Source: an uncultured Cellvibrionales bacterium
GTDB taxonomy: Bacteria; Pseudomonadota; Gammaproteobacteria; Pseudomonadales; Porticoccaceae
Reading direction: 5' to 3'
Length of the DNA: 64,000 nt
Assembly: GCA_913044275.1 (NCBI GenBank)
Contig: CAJWMT010000002.1
Span: 1,579 to 65,578 of the forward strand
Shown here: one piece after another, positions 1 through 9,932 of the stretch
Numbering within the stretch: the first letter of the stretch is position 1
How the letters are laid out: each line of letters starts with the position of its first letter
Notes under the pieces: model-generated
Told to the model about the DNA's origin: nothing
The model's database searches: none
What the model saw: only the letters and a program-made list of their open reading frames with translations
Made by a program: the position numbers and the translations under genes

Positions 1-1
1 C

Positions 2-499
2 GCTGATGAAGGTGGAATAATACCGGGCGATGTAATCATTACTTTCAATGGAAAAGCGATTATTGATTCAGGCGATCTCCCTCCCGCTGTTGGCGGTGTC
101 AAACCCGGGGAAAGCGTACCAGTAAAGATTTACAGGGATGGATCACAAAAAACCTTGACCGTCACTGTTTCTGCGTTAGCAGATTCTGGGGGAACGCGAT
201 CACGGCAAGATGGTGGTGATCGATTGGGTCTTGTGGTTAGAGATACGAATGATGGGGTAAATCAAGACCCAATGCAGCAGGACGGTGCTGCCATAAGTCA
301 AGTCTCTCCGAGATCTGCAGCTGAAAAAGCTGGCCTGCTACGTGGTGATATAATCGTTCAATTGGGGCGTGTTCGCATTAGGGACAGTAGTGAATATAAA
401 AGAGTGGTGAGAAAACTACCAGAGAACGTCCCCATACCGTTAAGATTTTTCAGGCAAGGCCGAGCGATCTTTAGAACGATCCAAATTGCTGGGAAATAA
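2..499 (+). CDS. mucD: Do/DegQ-family periplasmic serine protease, C-terminal PDZ domains (5' end outside the window)
   Basis: Frame open from base 2 (ADEGGIIPGDVIITFNGK...; SPRSAAEKAGLLRGDIIVQL, two PDZ motifs); immediately upstream of lepA as in Pseudomonas mucD-lepA. Confidence 0.85.
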   Translation, partial: ADEGGIIPGDVIITFNGKAIIDSGDLPPAVGGVKPGESVPVKIYRDGSQKTLTVTVSALADSGGTRSRQDGGDRLGLVVRDTNDGVNQDPMQQDGAAISQVSPRSAAEKAGLLRGDIIVQLGRVRIRDSSEYKRVVRKLPENVPIPLRFFRQGRAIFRTIQIAGK

Positions 500-610
500 T
501 CTTTGGGAATTATCGGCGTAACTTCAGGGGCGTTTCTGCCCTCGCGTCATGGAGTTGAGAGCCGGAATAAGATAGAATCCCCCGGTTATTTTGCAGAGGT
601 TTGAAAGTCT

Positions 611-2404
611 GTGTCCGATCTGGAATACATCCGTAATTTTTCTATCATTGCCCATATAGATCACGGCAAGTCCACCTTGGCTGATCGTTTCATTCAAATC
701 TGCGGAGGTTTGACAGAGCGCGAGATGAGCACACAAGTGCTTGACTCAATGGATATTGAGCGGGAACGTGGTATTACCATCAAAGCGCAGAGTGTCACTC
801 TCCAATATGCAGCAAGGGATGGAAAAAGATATCAACTTAATCTGATAGACACTCCGGGGCACGTTGATTTTTCTTATGAAGTCTCGCGCTCATTAGCTGC
901 CTGTGAGGGTGCATTGTTAGTCATTGATGCGGCACAGGGAGTAGAAGCCCAATCAGTAGCTAACTGTTATAAAGCGATCAATCAGGGGCTCGCAGTATTG
1001 CCTGTGCTGAACAAGATCGATCTGCCACAAGCAGATCCTGAAAAAGTCGCTGATGAGATAGAGGATATAATCGGAATCTCGGCAGAGGATGCTGTCCTAT
1101 GTAGCGCCAAAACCGGATTCGGTATTGAAGAGATTCTCGAACAAATTGTGAATAAGGTGCCAGCACCCACAGGGTCGATTGACTCTCCATTGCAGGCACT
1201 TATCATTGATTCGTGGTTTGATAATTATTTGGGAGTGATTTCACTAGTGCGCGTTGTACAAGGCGCACTCCGAGTAAAAGATAAAATCATTGCAAAGTCG
1301 ATTGGGAAGGTCCATAGCGTTGATGCGCTGGGTGTTTATACTCCCAAAAGTCTGGACACAGGCATACTCAAAGCAGGCGAGGTTGGATATGTGATCTCCG
1401 GCATAAAGGATATAAAAGGAGCACCAGTGGGGGATACATTCATTCAATCAAGTAATATTGATGTGCCTGCTTTGCCCGATTTTCAGAGGATCAAGCCGCA
1501 AGTATATGCTGGAATGTTTCCAGTTAATTCTGATGATTTCGAACTTTTTCGTGAGGCACTTGGTAAATTAGCCGTAAATGATGCTTCCCTGGTCTATGAA
1601 CCCGAGAGCTCGGATGCACTAGGTTTTGGATTTCGATGTGGTTTCTTGGGAATGCTGCATATGGAAATTATCCAGGAGCGTTTGGAGCGAGAACATGATT
1701 TGGATTTGATCACCACTTCACCCACGGTTGTTTATGAGGTGGTAACGTCGCAGGGAGATTCAAAACATATTTCAAATCCCTCTCAACTTCCAGATATTGG
1801 GCAGGTGGCCGAATTGCTTGAGCCTATTTGTGAAGCCAATATATTGGTACCCAAAGAATATGTGGGTAACGTGCTTGCCCTTTGCACTGAAAAACGAGGG
1901 GTGCAGAAGGACATGCAATTTGTCGGCGGACAGGTTTCAATAGTATATGAAATGCCGATGGCTGAAGTTGTGATGGACTTTTTTGATCGTTTAAAATCTG
2001 TGAGTCGCGGTTTTGCATCACTTGACTATGGGTTTGCCCATTTTCAAGTTGCGCCTCTTGTAAAACTTGATGTCCTCATAAATGGCGAAAGAGTGGATGC
2101 GCTTGCAGCAATCGTTCATCGAGGAGAATCTGTAAAAAGAGGTCGCGAGTTGTCCGAAAAGCTCAAGGAATTGATACCGCGCCAGATGTTTGATGTGGCA
2201 ATTCAAGCTGCTGTAGGAGGAAATATTATAGCTCGGACTACCGTCAAGGCTTTGCGGAAAAATGTCACAGCCAAATGTTATGGTGGAGATATCACTCGAA
2301 AGAAGAAACTGCTAGAGAAACAGAAGGCAGGTAAACGTCGAATGAAACAAGTAGGAAGCGTAGAAATTCCTCAGGCAGCATTTTTAGCAGTTCTGCAAAC
2401 GTAA
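611..2404 (+). CDS. lepA: Elongation factor 4 (LepA)
   Basis: [49 protein letters not shown]; GTG start. Confidence 0.99.
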   Translation: MSDLEYIRNFSIIAHIDHGKSTLADRFIQICGGLTEREMSTQVLDSMDIERERGITIKAQSVTLQYAARDGKRYQLNLIDTPGHVDFSYEVSRSLAACEGALLVIDAAQGVEAQSVANCYKAINQGLAVLPVLNKIDLPQADPEKVADEIEDIIGISAEDAVLCSAKTGFGIEEILEQIVNKVPAPTGSIDSPLQALIIDSWFDNYLGVISLVRVVQGALRVKDKIIAKSIGKVHSVDALGVYTPKSLDTGILKAGEVGYVISGIKDIKGAPVGDTFIQSSNIDVPALPDFQRIKPQVYAGMFPVNSDDFELFREALGKLAVNDASLVYEPESSDALGFGFRCGFLGMLHMEIIQERLEREHDLDLITTSPTVVYEVVTSQGDSKHISNPSQLPDIGQVAELLEPICEANILVPKEYVGNVLALCTEKRGVQKDMQFVGGQVSIVYEMPMAEVVMDFFDRLKSVSRGFASLDYGFAHFQVAPLVKLDVLINGERVDALAAIVHRGESVKRGRELSEKLKELIPRQMFDVAIQAAVGGNIIARTTVKALRKNVTAKCYGGDITRKKKLLEKQKAGKRRMKQVGSVEIPQAAFLAVLQT

Positions 2405-2435
2405 TGCTTAACCACACTGAACTTGAAAAGAAAAG

Positions 2436-3173
2436 GTGACCATGAACTTCAATTTTGAGCTGATACTAACATCAATTTTTATTTTTTCTTTCTTATGCTG
2501 GTTGGCTAATCGTCTTATTTTTGAACACAAAGATGGCCCAATCGAGTTCATTGCGTCTTTGGCCTCAGTTCTCGGAATTGTATTGATACTTAGGTCTTTT
2601 ATTTTTGAACCTTTTCAAATTCCATCGAAATCTATGGTCCCCACATTGAAAGTGGGCGATTTCATATTGGTTAATAAATGGACTTACGGGTTAAGATTGC
2701 CGGTGTTACGTCATAAATTTTTTGAAATTGGAAATCCACGTCGTGGTGATGTTGTGGTCTTTTTTCCTCCTCATGAGGATCGGTATTTTATAAAACGTCT
2801 AGTAGGGTTGCCGGGAGATGAGATTCGTTTAATTTCTGGTGTCTTATATGTTAATGGTGAAAAAGTTAAGCAACTAGCCCTAGATATCGAGGCGGAGGAT
2901 TCGCGCTCAGTAGTTATGAATGAATTTCTCAATGTTTCTGCTCACACAATCCATAAAAGGTTGGTTCCGACTCAATTAAGCCTAAATTATACTTCAGTGG
3001 TGCCCGAAGGACATTATTTCATGATGGGAGACAATCGCGATAATTCTAGTGATAGCAGGGTTTGGGGGCCGGTTCCAGCCCAAAGAATTGTCGGGAAAGC
3101 GTTTGCCCGTTGGATGTTCTGGGACGAGTTTCTAAGTATGCCCAATTTTTCCAGAGCAGGTTGGATACACTGA
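2436..3173 (+). CDS. lepB: Signal peptidase I
   Basis: EPFQIPSKSMVPTL (Ser), FIKRLVGLPGD (Lys), GDNRDNSSDSRVWG; follows lepA. Confidence 0.97.
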   Translation: MTMNFNFELILTSIFIFSFLCWLANRLIFEHKDGPIEFIASLASVLGIVLILRSFIFEPFQIPSKSMVPTLKVGDFILVNKWTYGLRLPVLRHKFFEIGNPRRGDVVVFFPPHEDRYFIKRLVGLPGDEIRLISGVLYVNGEKVKQLALDIEAEDSRSVVMNEFLNVSAHTIHKRLVPTQLSLNYTSVVPEGHYFMMGDNRDNSSDSRVWGPVPAQRIVGKAFARWMFWDEFLSMPNFSRAGWIH

Positions 3174-3252
3174 ATCATTATGCCCGATTGAATTTACCGT
3201 CACATATCGATTAGTCTCTGTTCTAAAACCAGTCTGTAAAACTAGGGAGAAA

Positions 3253-3933
3253 GTGATTGTGGCCTTTTCAAACCTTGAGGATAAGCTTCAATATCGCTTT
3301 ACTGACGAAAAAATTTTGGAAAGGGCTCTTACTCATCGCAGTGCCGCAACCAAAAATAACGAAAGATTGGAATTCCTAGGCGACTCCATATTTGGCGCAA
3401 TTACTGCTGAGTATTTTTATCTAACGCTTCCATCAGCCAGTGAGGGTGAATTGAGTCGGATGAGATCTCAAGTGGTGCGCAAGGAATCTCTGGCCAGCGT
3501 AGCTCGGCAAATGAATCTGGGTTTGCACCTTTCACTAGGTTCAGGAGAAATCAAGGCCGGATCGCATAACCGTGAATCAATCCTAGCAGATTCTCTGGAG
3601 GCATTGATTGGAGCGATTTATTTAGATGGAGGCTTTATCAAGGCTCGAAATTTCGTATTGCATTGGTTTTCGGAAAATATGGAGCGTGCGATGAGTGCAC
3701 GGTCGATTAAAGATGCCAAAACCACTCTTCAGGAGTGGTTGCAGGGTCAGGGCAACCCCTTGCCTGATTATCAGTTGGTTAAAACAAGAGGAGAAGCTCA
3801 CAGTCGGACATTCACGGTGAGTTGTAAGATTGAGCCCCTGGATAGCGAATTCCATGCCACCGCAGACAGTCGAAGAAAAGCCGAACAGCTGGTGGCTAAG
3901 CAGATACTTGAAGCGATAAAGATACGCCAATGA
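3253..3933 (+). CDS. rnc: Ribonuclease III
   Basis: ALTHRS, NERLEFLGDS, EALIGAIYLDGG, C-terminal dsRBD. Confidence 0.98.
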   Translation: MIVAFSNLEDKLQYRFTDEKILERALTHRSAATKNNERLEFLGDSIFGAITAEYFYLTLPSASEGELSRMRSQVVRKESLASVARQMNLGLHLSLGSGEIKAGSHNRESILADSLEALIGAIYLDGGFIKARNFVLHWFSENMERAMSARSIKDAKTTLQEWLQGQGNPLPDYQLVKTRGEAHSRTFTVSCKIEPLDSEFHATADSRRKAEQLVAKQILEAIKIRQ

Positions 3934-4832
3934 ATGAAATAGTGACGCGATGCGGTCAGGTGGCGATCATTGGACGACCGAATGTGGGAAAATCTACACT
4001 CCTTAACCATATCATGGGCCAAAAACTTAGTATTACATCACGCAAACCTCAAACAACTCGTCATAGCTTACTAGCCGTTAAAACCGATCAAGAAGCTCAA
4101 ATAATATTTGTTGATACCCCAGGAATTCACGCAAAGCAAGAAGTTGCATTGAATCGGATCATGCATCGCTCTGCCCTAAGCGCAATTAACGATGTGGACA
4201 TTGTGCTTTTTGTTTTAGACCGTGCCGAATGGACTCCTGCTGATCAGTACGTTGCAAAATATCTTGAAAATATTAGGACACCAATGATTATTGTGCTGAA
4301 TAAATTAGATGTTATTCCACATAAAGACCATCTGCTAGCCCAAATTGAACTCTTGTCCGAGAAATTTCCTGCTGCGGATTTTATTCCGATATCAGCGCTG
4401 AAGAAAACTAATATCGATTTATTAATTGTGCGAATTAAAGAAGTTTTACCAAAAAGACCTTTTGTCTTCGATTCAGAAGATATCACTAACCGCAGCGAAC
4501 GTTTTCTAGTGGCAGAAATTATCCGAGAGAAAATTACCCGACAACTGGGCGCGGAATTGCCCTATCAAGCTACGGTCGAAATAGAACAATATACCTCTAT
4601 CGATGATATCACGCATATTCACGCAATAATTTTTGTCGAAAGAGAAGGCCAAAAAAAGATTATTATTGGCAATAAGGGGCAACGCCTAAAAGCTATCGGG
4701 AAGAATGCTCGTTACGATATCGAAGCTTTATTGGGCTGCAGAGTGATGCTCAATACTTGGGTAAAAGTGAAAAATGGTTGGTCTGATGATGAGCGAACCT
4801 TGAACAGTTTTGGCTACAATAACGAGTTTTGA
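3930..4832 (+). CDS. era: GTPase Era
   Basis: GRPNVGKSTL, PQTTR, DTPG, NKLD, KH domain; ATGA overlap with rnc. Confidence 0.98.
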   Translation: MNEIVTRCGQVAIIGRPNVGKSTLLNHIMGQKLSITSRKPQTTRHSLLAVKTDQEAQIIFVDTPGIHAKQEVALNRIMHRSALSAINDVDIVLFVLDRAEWTPADQYVAKYLENIRTPMIIVLNKLDVIPHKDHLLAQIELLSEKFPAADFIPISALKKTNIDLLIVRIKEVLPKRPFVFDSEDITNRSERFLVAEIIREKITRQLGAELPYQATVEIEQYTSIDDITHIHAIIFVEREGQKKIIIGNKGQRLKAIGKNARYDIEALLGCRVMLNTWVKVKNGWSDDERTLNSFGYNNEF

Positions 4833-4835
4833 ATT

Positions 4836-5558
4836 ATGCGTTGGGAAGACGAAAGGGGTTTTTTGCTTCACACCATGCCTTATCGTGAAACCAGTCTTAT
4901 CGTCGACTTGTATACCCGGTTATATGGACGAGTCAAATGCGTCGCAAAGGGGTATCGAAGGCCAAAAAAGAGAGGCGCAAACCGCCTCCTAATACCCTAT
5001 GTTGAGTATTCGCTTTGCTGGTCCGGTCGCTCTGATCTAAAAACTTTAATTAGTGCCGATATTCTGGGGCCTCCGATATTTTTGCGAGAAGAGGCACTCT
5101 ATTTTGGACTTTATGTTAACGAGTTAATCTACCGACTATTTTTAGAACAGGATCCATTAGAGGGCTTTTATGATCATTATAAGCAGTTTATTAATGCTCT
5201 ATTTAAAGGCCCTTTTCATGAATCGCATTTGAGAAAGACTGAGATGATGTTATTGAGTGAATTAGGCTACGGTTTAGTTTTAGATTCAGAGGCGGAAAGT
5301 GGGGAACCATTGGAACCCAATGGACGATATTTTTACGAACCTGAATTTGGATTAAAGAAAGTGAGCCACAAAAATGCTAAAAATGTTTTAATGGGGCGAC
5401 ATATTCTTGCCATGCCGGATGATGATTGGAGTAATCCCTCGGTAGTCAGGACGGCAAGGAAGATTCTCAAGGCAGCTATTGATTTTTATTTAGGCGGAAA
5501 ACAGTTGCATAGTCGGAAGCTTTATCGTGATTTTAAGGTTTCTAAGACTCTTTTTTAA
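4836..5558 (+). CDS. recO: DNA repair protein RecO
   Basis: FLLHTMPYRETSLIVDLYT, YVNEL, LLSELGYG, LHSRKLY; follows era. Confidence 0.93.
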   Translation: MRWEDERGFLLHTMPYRETSLIVDLYTRLYGRVKCVAKGYRRPKKRGANRLLIPYVEYSLCWSGRSDLKTLISADILGPPIFLREEALYFGLYVNELIYRLFLEQDPLEGFYDHYKQFINALFKGPFHESHLRKTEMMLLSELGYGLVLDSEAESGEPLEPNGRYFYEPEFGLKKVSHKNAKNVLMGRHILAMPDDDWSNPSVVRTARKILKAAIDFYLGGKQLHSRKLYRDFKVSKTLF

Positions 5559-5569
5559 GAGGGTTTCTG

Positions 5570-5950
5570 GTGGTGGTGTTTTCAATTGGTACTGATATTG
5601 TTGATATAGCTCGCATCGAGAGGCTAATTAAACGATATGGAGAACGTTTTGGGAGGAGAGTGCTGAGTTTGGAGGAACTGACAGCCTGGCATATTAGCAA
5701 GTGTAGTCCAGCTTTCTTGGCCAAACGATTTGCTGCTAAGGAGGCAGTAGCTAAGGCACTTGGCACCGGAATTGGCAGCGGCGTTGGCTTTCAAAATATT
5801 ATAATCAGACATGAAGCTAATGGGGCCCCCGCAGCATCATTAAACCGAGGCGCTGCCAAAGCTATGAGAAATTTTGGCGCAAGCAGAGTACTACTGAGTA
5901 TCAGTGACGAGCGCAGTTATGCTATAGCTTTCGCCATGTTGTCCAATTAG
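5570..5950 (+). CDS. acpS: Holo-[acyl-carrier-protein] synthase
   Basis: IGTDIVDIARI, LAKRFAAKEAVAKALGTG, LSISDE. Confidence 0.96.
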   Translation: MVVFSIGTDIVDIARIERLIKRYGERFGRRVLSLEELTAWHISKCSPAFLAKRFAAKEAVAKALGTGIGSGVGFQNIIIRHEANGAPAASLNRGAAKAMRNFGASRVLLSISDERSYAIAFAMLSN

Positions 5951-5998
5951 CGAAGGACTTGATGATTGGATAAATGCGACCTCAAAAAATAGGACGTT

Positions 5999-6868
5999 AT
6001 GTCACATAAAACGAACATTTTCGTGGCGATTCAACGGCTTTTGCCAAAGCATTGGTTGTCAAGACAAATCGGGCGCATAGCCCAGTCTCACTGTGTGCCG
6101 TTGAAAAATCTGTTGATAAAACTTGCGATTCGCTTCTTCAAAATTGATCTCGCAGACGCGGCCAGAACTGAATTGGCCGATTATAGAAATTTCAATGACT
6201 TTTTCACTCGAGAGCTCAAATCGAGTTTACGCCCTGTTGACGATAATTTGAATTCCATAATTTCGCCAGTCGATGGTGCAATTACACAATTTGGAATTGC
6301 TCGGGGCGACATCCTTTTGCAGGCTAAAGGGATGACATATTCAATGACTCAGTTACTTGGTGGCCATGATCTTTCCAAAAAGTACTCAGATGGATCCTAT
6401 ATTACAATTTATCTATCGCCGAGCGATTACCATCGAGTGCATGCCCCTTGCGACGGGAAACTGTTGCGTTCCAAATATATTCCGGGTGAGTTATTTTCCG
6501 TCAATGATAGCACTAACATAAATATGCAAGATTTGCTAAGTCGCAATGAACGTTTAGTTTGCGAGTTCGAATCTTCGAAAATGGGAAGGTTTTGCATAGT
6601 ATTTGTTGGGGCTATGCTGGTGGCCGGGATTGAGACGGTGTGGGGAGGCGAAGAGCCAGCCGGGTCAGGATTTGTTCGAGATCTCAATTACAAGAGACGA
6701 GATTTAACCTATTCAAAGGGAGATGAAATTGGGCGGTTTAAATTTGGGTCTACGGTCATCCTTTGTTTTCAGAAGGGTGTTTGTAGTTGGATAGAAGACT
6801 TGGAATTAAGTAATAAAATAATTTTTGGCCAACGGATTGGAATTGGCAGAGTATCGCATGGAAGATAA
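5999..6868 (+). CDS. psd: Phosphatidylserine decarboxylase proenzyme
   Basis: FNDFFTRELK, SPVDG, YLSPSDYHRVH, RNER, GRFKFGSTV self-cleavage motif. Confidence 0.95.
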   Translation: MSHKTNIFVAIQRLLPKHWLSRQIGRIAQSHCVPLKNLLIKLAIRFFKIDLADAARTELADYRNFNDFFTRELKSSLRPVDDNLNSIISPVDGAITQFGIARGDILLQAKGMTYSMTQLLGGHDLSKKYSDGSYITIYLSPSDYHRVHAPCDGKLLRSKYIPGELFSVNDSTNINMQDLLSRNERLVCEFESSKMGRFCIVFVGAMLVAGIETVWGGEEPAGSGFVRDLNYKRRDLTYSKGDEIGRFKFGSTVILCFQKGVCSWIEDLELSNKIIFGQRIGIGRVSHGR

Positions 6869-6875
6869 ATCACTG

Positions 6876-7961
6876 TCAGTGTGCTCTTGAGCCATCGTGT
6901 ACTGCTTCGATTAGGGCGCGCACATTTTCTGGGTCGATGTCAGGTGAAATGCCATGACCAAGATTAAAGATATGTCCATTGTTTCCCCCATTAGCTTGAA
7001 GAATTTTTTTAACTTCACTTTGAATTATACTTGGAGTGGCACGCAAAATGGCCGGATCCATGTTTCCTTGAAGTGCTGTGGTGGGTCCGATACGCGCTCT
7101 TGCTTGTTTGATGTCTACGTTCCAATCCAGTCCAATTCCATGACAACCGGTTGCTGCGATATCCTCTAACCAAAGGGCACCGCCTTTAGTGAATAGGATA
7201 ACTGGGACCTCGCGACCTTCAGAGCGAGGGATGAGGTTATCAACAATTTTTTGCATATAGGCAAGAGAGAAATTGCGATAAGCCGGAGTACTTAAAACCC
7301 CGCCCCAAGTGTCAAATATTTGTACCACCTGGGCACCACTTGCTATTTGAGCGTTTAGATAGTCAATGATGGAGAGACTTAATTTTTCTAAGAGTTGATG
7401 CAGAATTTCAGGGCGTTCGTACAACCATAGTTTGCTTCGAGCAAAGTCGCGACTACTTTGTCCTTCTATCATATATGTCGCGAGAGTCCATGGCGAACCA
7501 GCGAATCCAATTAATGGAACTGAGCCATTGAGTTCGTTGCGGATAAGTTTTATTGCTTCCGTTACGTATGGCAGATCCGCATCTGTTTTTGTGATCGATA
7601 ATTTTTCGATATCCCTCTCAGTTCGCAGTGGTTTTCGAAACTTTGGGCCTTCTCCGTCGCTAAAGTATAGGCCCAACCCCATGGCATCGGGTATTGTAAG
7701 TATATCTGAAAACAAGATTGCGGCATCTAAATCGTACCGTTCCATCGGTTGCATGGTCACTTCACAAGCCAGTTGCGGATTAGTGCAAAGAGCCATAAAA
7801 CTTCCTGCTCGTGCCCTTATTTCACGATATTCAGGCAAATGCCTACCTGCCTGTCTCATGATCCAGATTGGTGTTCGAGAAGTTGGTCTTCTGAGTAGAG
7901 CTCGTATCAGACAATCATTCTGAAGTTGGAATTGTTCCTTTGTCTCACTTGGGTGTTGCAT
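6876..7961 (-). CDS. hemE: Uroporphyrinogen decarboxylase
   Basis: [36 protein letters not shown]. Confidence 0.98.
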   Translation of the reverse strand: MQHPSETKEQFQLQNDCLIRALLRRPTSRTPIWIMRQAGRHLPEYREIRARAGSFMALCTNPQLACEVTMQPMERYDLDAAILFSDILTIPDAMGLGLYFSDGEGPKFRKPLRTERDIEKLSITKTDADLPYVTEAIKLIRNELNGSVPLIGFAGSPWTLATYMIEGQSSRDFARSKLWLYERPEILHQLLEKLSLSIIDYLNAQIASGAQVVQIFDTWGGVLSTPAYRNFSLAYMQKIVDNLIPRSEGREVPVILFTKGGALWLEDIAATGCHGIGLDWNVDIKQARARIGPTTALQGNMDPAILRATPSIIQSEVKKILQANGGNNGHIFNLGHGISPDIDPENVRALIEAVHDGSRAH

Positions 7962-8010
7962 TTATCATATTCCTTGCAGTCATCGATGGTGTTTATTTAA
8001 AAATAAGTTC

Positions 8011-9138
8011 CTATGCTGAACTAGGGTCGGGACCGCAGAACTCGGAAAGCACATTTTGAAGGTGCTCCTTCTCAAAGGTTTCAATGACTTTAGCTTTGCC
8101 TATCTTCTCTAATAAAACTAAACGCAACTTCTCATTACGGACCTTTTTGTCTCTTAGCATTAACTTATTGAAATCAACAATAGTCATGTTACGTGGAGGT
8201 TTGACGGGTAGAGAGCAGTGTTGCAATAATTCTGACACTCGATGCACGTGGCTAATTTCAAGGTTGCCTCTAAGATACGACATCTGCATGGCCATAAGTA
8301 TGCCAACGGAAACTGCCTCTCCGTGAATCCAGTGCCGATAATTTTGGAATGTTTCAATGGCATGGCCAAAGGTATGTCCAAGATTTAGAATGGCTCGGAT
8401 GCCTTGTTCAGTTTCATCTGAGTGCACTACTTTTGCTTTAATTCGGCAGGATTGCTCAATGGCATAAGTAAGTTTTCCCGCATCACGGCTCATCAATGAA
8501 TCTATTTCTCTTTCAAGCCAATTAAAAAAATCGACGTCCGCGATCAGCCCATATTTTAAGATTTCTGCAATCCCGGCGGAGAATTCCCGATCAGGCAGGG
8601 ATTGAAGAGTGTTTGTATCTGCAATCACTGTTCGAGGTTGGTGAAATGCACCTATCATATTCTTTCCGAGAGGGTGGTTAACGGCAGTCTTGCCGCCCAC
8701 TGAGGAATCGACCTGAGCTAAAAGGGTTGTAGGTACTTGTATGAATGATACACCCCGCAGATATGTTGCAGCGGCGAAACCAGTCATGTCACCTATGACT
8801 CCTCCACCGACTGCTATAAGTGTTGTGCTTCGATCATGTTTCTCAGCCAAAAGCTTGCTGAAGATCCCGTTCAATGCCTCCAAATTCTTAAATTGTTCTC
8901 CATCAGGAAGAATGATATCGTGGACTTTCTTATCCGTAATTTGCTCACGAACCATTTCCAAGTACAGTGGCGCAACAGTTTCATTTGTTACGATCAACAC
9001 TTGATCGCCATCTATGTAACGCATTATATCTGCCCTGACAATGATGCCTGATCCGATATGCACACAGTAACTGCGAGAGCCTAAGTCCACTTCTACTCGA
9101 CGGTCCGATGGTAAGCTTGCATTTAAAATGAGAGACAT
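8011..9138 (-). CDS. aroB: 3-dehydroquinate synthase
   Basis: GGGVIGDMTGF, PTTLLAQVDSSVGGKT, LNLGHTFGHAIE, HGEAV. Confidence 0.98.
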   Translation of the reverse strand: MSLILNASLPSDRRVEVDLGSRSYCVHIGSGIIVRADIMRYIDGDQVLIVTNETVAPLYLEMVREQITDKKVHDIILPDGEQFKNLEALNGIFSKLLAEKHDRSTTLIAVGGGVIGDMTGFAAATYLRGVSFIQVPTTLLAQVDSSVGGKTAVNHPLGKNMIGAFHQPRTVIADTNTLQSLPDREFSAGIAEILKYGLIADVDFFNWLEREIDSLMSRDAGKLTYAIEQSCRIKAKVVHSDETEQGIRAILNLGHTFGHAIETFQNYRHWIHGEAVSVGILMAMQMSYLRGNLEISHVHRVSELLQHCSLPVKPPRNMTIVDFNKLMLRDKKVRNEKLRLVLLEKIGKAKVIETFEKEHLQNVLSEFCGPDPSSA

Positions 9139-9207
9139 ATGAGTTTTACTCCATATACTTAACTTTTAACTTGCCATTCATTGCCGATGGTGAGATGCCA
9201 TAAATTC

Positions 9208-9726
9208 TCAATGGCTTTGGAGTTTATCAGCGAGTTTTCTTACAGTCTTCGATATATGTCCACGACCAGATTTAAATACCATATCTGCCACCTGTCTATA
9301 TAGTGGATCGCGCTGATCCAGTATCTCACTAATTACCTTAGCGCGATCTTTTACTTGCAGTAATGGCCGTTTTTTATCTCTCTTTGTACGCTCAAGTAGC
9401 TGCTCTTTGGAAGCAAATAGGTAAATAACTGTTCCGGAGGCCGACAATAGCGCTCTATTCTTCTCCCTTAGCACAAGACCACCGCCAGTCGCAATCACAG
9501 CACAGTCCTTTTCTGTAATCACTTGAGAAAAAATTTTAGTCTCGCGATCTCTGAATCCTTCTTCTCCGTCCATATCAAAAATCCATTGAATATCTGCTCC
9601 TGTTCGGCGCTCTATTTCTGAATCCAGATCGAGGAAGGGTAGGTTTAGCGTTTTGGCCAAGGACTTTCCAACGGAGGACTTACCCGCGCCCATTGGCCCA
9701 ACCAAGAAAATATGAGTTTTGATCAT
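9208..9726 (-). CDS. aroK: Shikimate kinase
   Basis: GPMGAGKS, GEEGFRDRE, ATGGG, RPLL; upstream of aroB. Confidence 0.97.
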   Translation of the reverse strand: MIKTHIFLVGPMGAGKSSVGKSLAKTLNLPFLDLDSEIERRTGADIQWIFDMDGEEGFRDRETKIFSQVITEKDCAVIATGGGLVLREKNRALLSASGTVIYLFASKEQLLERTKRDKKRPLLQVKDRAKVISEILDQRDPLYRQVADMVFKSGRGHISKTVRKLADKLQSH

Positions 9727-9932
9727 AAAGATTCCGGAAATTTACGGTGAGGGCTTAAATCATCATCGTATTATGATCATTTTTTTTGAAAAAATCAGAA
9801 TTTTGGCTCGATTTACTCTCCATTATTTGGTCGAACCGATCTTTTGCAATAATTAAACATGTTAATTCGGCGTCACCGTTAACATTAACTGCGAAATGAT
9901 GCACTAAACTTTATCAAGGTTCTATAATAGGC

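Noticed and set aside
7432-7923. Long antisense ORFs (also 11819..12355, 28285..28725, 48725..49204, 60494..60913)
   Set aside because: They lie opposite well-conserved genes and are expected shadow ORFs.
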